Source: Patescibacteria group bacterium (GTDB lineage: Bacteria > Patescibacteriota > Minisyncoccia > Phycocordibacterales > PALSA-1337). Taken from it: DNA of 64,000 nt. The position numbers were made by a program, and so were the translations under genes. This document shows, in pieces, positions 57,930-64,000 of the stretch. The stretch lies in the NCBI GenBank assembly GCA_038064415.1, contig JBBTTD010000002.1, positions 8,865 through 72,864 of the forward strand. Reading direction: 5' to 3'. Under the pieces are notes generated by a model. The model was given only the letters and a program-made list of their open reading frames with translations, was not told the origin of the DNA and did no database searches. Each line of letters begins with the position of its first letter. Positions within the stretch are counted from its first letter, which is position 1.

Positions 57930-59333
57930 TTAAATCCCCCTAACCGCCCTGACAAATCTCTCGCCTCTCTCAATTTTAGAACCATCAGCCCCACCAGCGC
58001 CAAAGCCGGGACTAAAAAGCACTCGATCACCTTTTTTCGCGTGATCCAAAGCTGACCTCACCGCTTCTTCAATGTTTGGCGCGGAATAAATCGTCAGTCC
58101 GCCAACTTCTTGCAGAATGGCGCGTTGCCTCAATGTTCCACTACCTGGAATGTTTATCAGCGTATGGACATATCTAGGCAACTCAATATAAAGAGTCCGA
58201 TAATCATGACCAACATCCGCGCCGCCAAAAATTAAAACAATATTTCTGTCTTTAGATAAAGCCATGATTCCAACTAAAGTAGCGTCAGGAGTAATGGACA
58301 TCGTATCATTATAAAACTCAATACCTTTGACTTTTTTAACTAATTCCAACCTACCTTTCAAAGATCTCCATTTGCTAAAAACATTTCGCGCGGTGTCTTC
58401 ATCGGCTTTAAAAATCTGAGCCGTCTGGAGTGCCAAAGCGGCATTTGAACGATCGTGTATACCACTACCAGAAAAACCCCAATCCGCTGGTATAAGTGAA
58501 GACTTGGTGCGCAACATTTTGGCCTTGGGCTGAAATTTCATCGCTCTAGTGGCGTCAATAATCTCGTCGGATGCCACAATATAATTGTTATATGTTTGAT
58601 ACGCTAATATTTCAAAAGGTGATGAAATGTACGAATTTTTTGAAGGTATGCTGGTAAATATCGCCACATGAGGACTGATTCGTAATGTATTTAATTCCGG
58701 CAAAATCAAATCAACTATTCGCATCAAAACAATATCGCCGCTTTTGACTTTTCTTAGATGCGCGAGAATCCCATCTGATGATTCTGGATCGAGAATAAAG
58801 AGATCCTGTGTTTCATATTCTTTACAGACTTTTTCTAAAATCGGTCCAAGAATTGAAATAACCGTGGATTTACCACAACAACCAATCACTCCGATCAGAG
58901 TTATGGGTGGCGCCAATCTAAAGAAAAGGGTTTCGGGATATTCAACGACAATAACTTTATTTCTTTCTTTATCCACGACTTTAATTTCACTTTCAGATTT
59001 TTCCGTGCTTAATTGATCACTGATATTTGATGCTTGATTATTACCATAAACCTCCTTTAAGAATGAGGAATCGCGCGGATATTCATGTGAAAGAATTATC
59101 ATATCCATGTCCAAAAGGTCTTCAGCTGGAATAGAACCGCAAACATAATTGGCCAAACCAATAGAACGAAGAAAAATCAGATGATTTTTCAAACGCGCCT
59201 CACTTTTCAAATCATATATTGAGACCCAAGCTCCGGCTTTGATCAAATATTTAACATCCTCAACCATTTCTCCATGAATACCAAGACCAATAACCGCGAT
59301 GCGTTTGCCTTTGAAATAATCACGGGAAGCCAT
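57930..59333 (-). CDS. MurD-like protein with degenerate catalytic motifs
   Basis: K.IAVIGLG, G..GKST, GRLE.V, FYNDT....PDAT, LIFGGAD, VLFSPG, ERG..F; the ELSS and DH motifs are absent. Confidence 0.78.
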   Translation of the reverse strand: MASRDYFKGKRIAVIGLGIHGEMVEDVKYLIKAGAWVSIYDLKSEARLKNHLIFLRSIGLANYVCGSIPAEDLLDMDMIILSHEYPRDSSFLKEVYGNNQASNISDQLSTEKSESEIKVVDKERNKVIVVEYPETLFFRLAPPITLIGVIGCCGKSTVISILGPILEKVCKEYETQDLFILDPESSDGILAHLRKVKSGDIVLMRIVDLILPELNTLRISPHVAIFTSIPSKNSYISSPFEILAYQTYNNYIVASDEIIDATRAMKFQPKAKMLRTKSSLIPADWGFSGSGIHDRSNAALALQTAQIFKADEDTARNVFSKWRSLKGRLELVKKVKGIEFYNDTMSITPDATLVGIMALSKDRNIVLIFGGADVGHDYRTLYIELPRYVHTLINIPGSGTLRQRAILQEVGGLTIYSAPNIEEAVRSALDHAKKGDRVLFSPGFGAGGADGSKIERGERFVRAVRGI

Positions 59334-59348
59334 GTAACTATTATACAA

Positions 59349-59699
59349 TCAATTTTGTTTTGTTGTAAATTTTTTGATCTTAATCATTTCTTGAAGCATG
59401 GCTTGAAGCGTAACCGTATCATCAGGTCTCGGTTCTGGCTCAACGATGAAATGTGAAAGTTTTTTCATAAACACGCCATAAACATCATTGAAGTATTGTT
59501 CAATGACTTTATGGTCTTGTTCAGAACATAATGCTTCTCTATGTTCATTAATAATAGATGAATCTTTTTTATTACCTTTAGCATTTGGACCGTCTAATAT
59601 TCTTAATATTTCAGCCGGACGGTGAATCCCCTCATAAACGACAGAGTCGTGATAAAGGATGCCATCAAGCGATGGTGAAACAAGTTGATAATCGCGCAT
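59349..59699 (-). CDS. Hypothetical protein
   Basis: 116-aa ORF filling the gap, co-oriented with its neighbours; no motif recognised. Confidence 0.5.
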   Translation of the reverse strand: MRDYQLVSPSLDGILYHDSVVYEGIHRPAEILRILDGPNAKGNKKDSSIINEHREALCSEQDHKVIEQYFNDVYGVFMKKLSHFIVEPEPRPDDTVTLQAMLQEMIKIKKFTTKQN

Positions 59700-59786
59700 G
59701 AGATTAAATAGAAAGTTAAAAAGTCCTTAAAGTTAAAAAGTTAACGCGACTACTTTTAGACTTCCAGACTTTGACTTCTGACTTGG

Positions 59787-60521
59787 TTAATAGTCCGCAC
59801 TTATACTTACAAATGCGTCTTTGGTGATGATGACATGATCTAAAACACGAATGCCCAGGATCTTCCCTGCCTGAACAAGCTGTCTGGTAATTTGAATATC
59901 TTCGGCACTTGGAGTAACTTCACCCGAAGGATGATTGTGAGCTAAAATAACTGCGACAGCATTGCGTTCAATGGCTGGACGAAAGACTTCGCGAGCATGA
60001 ATAACATTGGCATTGACTGTCCCAATTGAAATAACTTCGTCAGCAATCACGCGGTTGTGACTATTGAGATACAATCCACGAAGATGTTCTTTGGGTAAAT
60101 TGCGCATATCAACGAGATAGTCATACGCGTCTTTGGCGTTACGAATTGTCTTGAATCCCGAATCAGAGCGCTGATATAAACGCCTTCCTAGTTCACCTAC
60201 GGCAACAATAGAACACGCCTTGACGATCGGTATGTTTAACTCTTTGGATAATTTCTCGGGATTACATTCGGCGAAAACGCTTTTCTCGCCATATTCACGA
60301 ACAATGCGCGTGGACATCTCCAAGACATCTTCTTTGGTAGTCCCAGTTACAAGCAGAAGGGTTGTAAGCTCCGCAATAGAAAGCGACTCTGGACCGTGAG
60401 TCAAGAGTTTTTCTCGTGGCTTCTCGCTCGAAGGCAGGTCCCGAAACATGAGTGGGTACTCACGCGGGCTCCGATCAAGAATGAGCGTGGTATCGGGTAT
60501 GATGTACATGCTCTTCTGCAT
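59787..60521 (-). CDS. radC: RadC/JAB domain protein
   Basis: KPREKLL..G...LS..EL, E....LYLN, REVF, LAHNHPSG...PS.ED, LDHVII. Confidence 0.95.
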   Translation of the reverse strand: MQKSMYIIPDTTLILDRSPREYPLMFRDLPSSEKPREKLLTHGPESLSIAELTTLLLVTGTTKEDVLEMSTRIVREYGEKSVFAECNPEKLSKELNIPIVKACSIVAVGELGRRLYQRSDSGFKTIRNAKDAYDYLVDMRNLPKEHLRGLYLNSHNRVIADEVISIGTVNANVIHAREVFRPAIERNAVAVILAHNHPSGEVTPSAEDIQITRQLVQAGKILGIRVLDHVIITKDAFVSISADY

Positions 60522-60558
60522 GAAAACAATTATAACATAGTGAGAGAAAAATCAAGAA

Positions 60559-60748
60559 AAAGAAACCTGACAAGGTATGCATTTTTATGTGCCTGCGGAA
60601 CTCGCTCCTGAAATTTCTAGGTAAAAGGCTCAGGAATTACTCAAATCTTCGACTTGGTAATTCCAACGCCATTCGCCTTTTACCAAGAAATTTCTAGTCG
60701 CTCAAACAGTCCTCGGCAATAAAAATGCATACCTTGCCGAGTTTCTTT
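60559..60748 (-). ncRNA. Structured repeat/ncRNA-like element, copy 2 (inverted relative to copy 1)
   Basis: Outer IR CAAGGTATGCATTTTTAT, the same core as 53041-53197, a covarying inner stem and an extra apical hairpin. Confidence 0.6.
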
Positions 60749-60757
60749 AGCTTTTTA

Positions 60758-62191
60758 CTACAACGTCTCCACTAAAATAAAGTTTGTCTCACTAGATGTC
60801 CCAAACGGCATTCCTGCGACTATCACCACCTTATCCCCTTTTTTGACTATTTCATTATCAAGAGTAACTTTGCGCACAATCTCCATAATTTCTTCAACTG
60901 TCTTAAATGTTGGCGCAACTATCGGATAGCAACCATAAGTCAACATCAATTTATTGACATTCTCTTGAGCGTCAGAAAGCGCCAGAACATGCTCAGCGGG
61001 CCTATAACGAGCAATCATACGAGCGCTCCTACCCGTTCGCGTCAGAGCCACGATTAGAGCCGCACCGACGTTGTGGGCGGCTCTAACGGCAGATTGGGAA
61101 ACGACATCTGTAACACCGTGAGATCCCTCATATTCGGCAATTGTGTCCCGTGTATAAACTTCTTTTTCCACGCGACATGCAATACGCGTCATAACCTTGA
61201 CTGCCTCTACAGGAAAATCACCCAAAGTCGTCTCTTCGGAAAGCATGATCGCGTCCGTGCCGTCAATGATCGCGTTGGCAATATCCGAGACTTCAGCTCT
61301 TGTCGGTACTGGATTTTTTATCATTGACTCAAGCATTTGAGTGGCAGTTATTACCGGCTTGCCAATAGCATTGCATTTACTGATAATCATTTTCTGAACC
61401 AACGGGACTTCTTCAGCGGGAATTTCAATAGCTAGATCACCACGAGCAATCATTATCCCATCAGCCACCGAAATAATTTCATCAATGCATTTCAGAGCTT
61501 CGGGTGTTTCAATCTTTGCGATAATGTGTGCATTGGATCCGGCTTTATTAAGAATCTTTCTAAGATCATCAACATCAGAAGCGCGACGGACAAAAGACAA
61601 TGCGACAAAATCAACTTTATTTTTAATTCCAAACTCAACATCTTCTTTATCTTTGTCAGTCAGGGCTGAAATAGAAAGATTCGCCCCTGGCACATTGACT
61701 CCTTTGCGTCCAGATAGACGACCACCAATCATGACTTTGGTAATGATGTCGTTGCCTTTGATTTCCACGACTTCCAACCGTTTGGTGCCATCTTGGAGCA
61801 TAATGATAGTTCCTGGTTTCACTTCATACGGTAGTCGTGGATAATTTATATGCACTTTATCTTCAGTCCCCTCAATTTCATCGGTCGTTAATGTGAAGGT
61901 CTGACCTTCATGCAACATGATCATATTATCTCTGAAAGTCCCGATGCGGATTTTCGGTCCGCAAAGATCTTGTAAAATCGCCACGGTCTTGCCAGATTTT
62001 TTCATAATCTCGTGAATTGACTCCACGCGTTTCTGGTGTTCAGAAAAATCACCGTGCGAAAAATTCAATCTGACCACATTCATGCCCGCATCAACCATTT
62101 CGGCCATCTTTTCTTTGGTCTCTGTATTTGGGCCAATAGTACAAACGATTTTTGTTTTTTTGCCGAGATTCATGATAAAAGTGTGTGGCAA
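60758..62191 (-). CDS. pyk: Pyruvate kinase
   Basis: TKIVCTIGP, RLNFSHG, DL.GPKIR, IIAKIE, ARGDL, ATQMLESM, PTRAEVSD. Confidence 0.98.
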   Translation of the reverse strand: MPHTFIMNLGKKTKIVCTIGPNTETKEKMAEMVDAGMNVVRLNFSHGDFSEHQKRVESIHEIMKKSGKTVAILQDLCGPKIRIGTFRDNMIMLHEGQTFTLTTDEIEGTEDKVHINYPRLPYEVKPGTIIMLQDGTKRLEVVEIKGNDIITKVMIGGRLSGRKGVNVPGANLSISALTDKDKEDVEFGIKNKVDFVALSFVRRASDVDDLRKILNKAGSNAHIIAKIETPEALKCIDEIISVADGIMIARGDLAIEIPAEEVPLVQKMIISKCNAIGKPVITATQMLESMIKNPVPTRAEVSDIANAIIDGTDAIMLSEETTLGDFPVEAVKVMTRIACRVEKEVYTRDTIAEYEGSHGVTDVVSQSAVRAAHNVGAALIVALTRTGRSARMIARYRPAEHVLALSDAQENVNKLMLTYGCYPIVAPTFKTVEEIMEIVRKVTLDNEIVKKGDKVVIVAGMPFGTSSETNFILVETL

Positions 62192-62208
62192 GACCTACCC
62201 TTGCCAAG

Positions 62209-63177
62209 TTAATTTGGTACTTGTAATTTTGGCGTTACGGGATATTTATCAGGATCAATTGCGCGCTTAAAGCAAGTTCTCTCTGCTTTATGATTCCAAT
62301 TATCTTCTGTGCCTTTGATTGAAACTGACATGTCGTATGCTGGATATGATATACCGCCACCATAATACGAACCTCTCCCTTGATTGTCCGACGAAACCTC
62401 GGAGAATGTGGCGCACAATTCAAACGAGGTCTTACCGCCTAGAGAATATTCATACGAAACCTCGGTATCTGGATCAGTTGGCAAGATAAAACCTGAAATC
62501 GGATCTGTAAGGTCGGTCAATGCAACCGGTAATCTTCCTTTTTGTTGCCAATAATTTACGATCTGCCACTGAATATTAGTAAGATCACTAACGCGTTGAT
62601 TGTCAAAACGAATTGCGCGTTGTTTTGCTGGTGAACCAATTGCGATAAATCCGATGATGACAGCCGCTAAAACCAAAACGATACCAAACCAAGCATTGGC
62701 AGTCCGTATCATTTTTGACCATTTGTGACTTGTATATATACTGAAAGAATAATATTTACCAACCGAGCCGGCGATAAATAACACCACGATAATCTTATAA
62801 ATAAAGCGTGAAGTTATTTCTCCATTCAAATATACATTGATCAAAGCTATCAAATCTCCGCCAAAGAGCACTACCGCTAAAAAGATTGTCAGATAGATAC
62901 GCCACCTACGAATCCATAAGTCAGATTTTCCAGGGTTTTTTGTAATATCGCGAGCGATTAGCCATTCTAAAATATAAAGTATTGGCACCAACACAATCAA
63001 CATTGAAATCGGCCAAGCCACCGAATTGCCATAAAAATATCCCGCTAACGCATCTGGCAGGAAGTAGTTAATAACACTAAACGATAGGTTAATGAGAGCG
63101 CCCGCGGCTACATATAGAGTTACGGTTGCGCCGAGGTGAAGAAAAAAATCTTTGGGACTGGTTTTTGTAGTGTTCAT
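62209..63177 (-). CDS. DUF5671-like membrane protein with pilin/GspG-like C-terminal segment
   Basis: PKDFFL.LG, five TM segments, R.W.IYLT.F, GSP..QR..RFD..RVSDL..IQ, LP..L..L, DP.T...YEY, FELCATF. Confidence 0.7.
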   Translation of the reverse strand: MNTTKTSPKDFFLHLGATVTLYVAAGALINLSFSVINYFLPDALAGYFYGNSVAWPISMLIVLVPILYILEWLIARDITKNPGKSDLWIRRWRIYLTIFLAVVLFGGDLIALINVYLNGEITSRFIYKIIVVLFIAGSVGKYYSFSIYTSHKWSKMIRTANAWFGIVLVLAAVIIGFIAIGSPAKQRAIRFDNQRVSDLTNIQWQIVNYWQQKGRLPVALTDLTDPISGFILPTDPDTEVSYEYSLGGKTSFELCATFSEVSSDNQGRGSYYGGGISYPAYDMSVSIKGTEDNWNHKAERTCFKRAIDPDKYPVTPKLQVPN

Positions 63178-63264
63178 GATAGTTATAGTTTAAATTATAA
63201 ACATTTTATATTATACAACAAAAGTTCACTATGCGCATTACTAGATTTCTGTCGAGGGTAGGCA

Positions 63265-63864
63265 TCAAACTTTCTTTCTACAACCGTAAATAAACGCGGG
63301 TGGTAAATTTCGACACTCATAGCCGATGATTTTGGCGTCAAAGAGTTTCTTAACTGAAATCAGACTAGATAAAAAATATTGAAATTGAATGAATAAACCA
63401 GTATCACTCAAAGATCCATGAATTGCCATCAGTAACGAATTTCTCATTGACTTGGAAAAATTACCAATCGGTATTCCAGAAATTATATAGTCCGGCTTGG
63501 TCAAATTGAGATTTCTCAAATGGCCAGCTATGTCCACGGCATCGGCCTCAATTATTATCACGCGTGAATCAATTATACTGTCGCGAAGATGCTTGACTAG
63601 AATCGGATTTATTTCAAAAATTACAAGTTTACCAGTTTTGGGCATTTCGGAAAGAATCATATTGGTGAAAGCACCAGTGCCAGCGCCAAGCTCAACAATA
63701 AATATTCCTTCCCTCATTTCCACTTGCTTTAATATTTTCCTGCTCAAATATCTTGAACTTGGCAATAATGAGCCATGGACCTTGAACCTTTTGATTCCTT
63801 CTCTGAAAAACAATCCTAGAGCATGTGGTTTTTTTGAGAACTTTGTGGTCATTTGTACGAACAA
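63265..63864 (-). CDS. PmtA-like (phospholipid N-)methyltransferase
   Basis: GS.LPSS.YL, VELGAGTG.FT, FEIN, IISGIP, F.QFQY, N.PPA. Confidence 0.75.
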   Translation of the reverse strand: MFVQMTTKFSKKPHALGLFFREGIKRFKVHGSLLPSSRYLSRKILKQVEMREGIFIVELGAGTGAFTNMILSEMPKTGKLVIFEINPILVKHLRDSIIDSRVIIIEADAVDIAGHLRNLNLTKPDYIISGIPIGNFSKSMRNSLLMAIHGSLSDTGLFIQFQYFLSSLISVKKLFDAKIIGYECRNLPPAFIYGCRKKV

Positions 63865-63892
63865 GAATACTTTAAAAAATATTAAAGTTTTG

Positions 63893-63965
63893 TGCGCGCA
63901 CTAGGATTCGAACCTAGGACCCCACCAGTATCAGTGGTGTGCTCTACCAACTGAGCTATGCGCGC
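63893..63965 (-). tRNA. tRNA-Ile(GAT), CCA not encoded
   Basis: GCGCGCA/TGCGCGC acceptor stem plus A73; D arm GCTC-AGTTGGTA-GAGC; anticodon arm CACCA-CTGATAC-TGGTG; T arm CTAGG-TTCGAAT-CCTAG. Confidence 0.93.
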
Positions 63966-64000
63966 AGATTAAATATTCTGACCTACCTTCGCATATCTGC

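Noticed and set aside
8147-63904. Numerous 60-200 aa antisense or alternate-frame ORFs (e.g. 22382-22993, 38163-38588, 51677-52126, 63497-63904)
   Set aside because: They are shadows of well-supported genes and have no recognisable motifs.
1-64000. CRISPR array, rRNA, transposase, DGR template repeat or RT
   Set aside because: None seen by eye; the repeats are inverted or short tandem, not repeat-spacer arrays.
1-64000. Alternative genetic code (TGA = Gly, as in Gracilibacteria/Absconditabacteria)
   Set aside because: Conserved genes are full length under code 11, and several end at TGA at expected positions.

Overview
Low-GC bacterial chromosome segment that looks like Patescibacteria/CPR (Parcubacteria-like gene content, standard code with TGA as stop, many apparently leaderless genes). 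Left to right: partial AI-2E transporter, secA, murB and an O-antigen-ligase/TPR protein; a ~37 kb surface-glycan locus (gmd, fcl/colC, ColD-like dehydratase, wzm/wzt, many GT2/GT4/GT11 enzymes, methyltransferases, asnB, B12 radical SAM, ThDP enzyme, GT-C, GtrA, a nucleotidyltransferase-GHMP kinase fusion) with a small DNA-binding gene at each end; a VirD4/TraD-like ATPase, a DUF4015-like hydrolase and rsmI; a cell-wall-related neighbourhood; radC, pyk, a DUF5671-like protein, a PmtA-like methyltransferase and tRNA-Ile(GAT). Best candidate for an undescribed system: 50009-59333, which holds an ATP-grasp ligase, an NlpC/P60-like Cys enzyme, a MraY, a Bpt/ATE1-like aminoacyl-tRNA transferase, an Mpl-like ligase with an altered motif, a LysW-like Zn-ribbon protein ending in -DEGK, a fold-type-II PLP enzyme and a degenerate MurD. 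Together these suggest a carrier-protein or tRNA-dependent route to a non-standard muropeptide. Also notable: a probable remote DGR target gene, two copies of a structured element with compensatory base changes, several palindromic repeat families inserted in-frame in housekeeping genes, and a helically phased operator in front of a BldC/Xis-like gene heading the glycan locus. All calls come from motif recognition by eye; no database searches were run.
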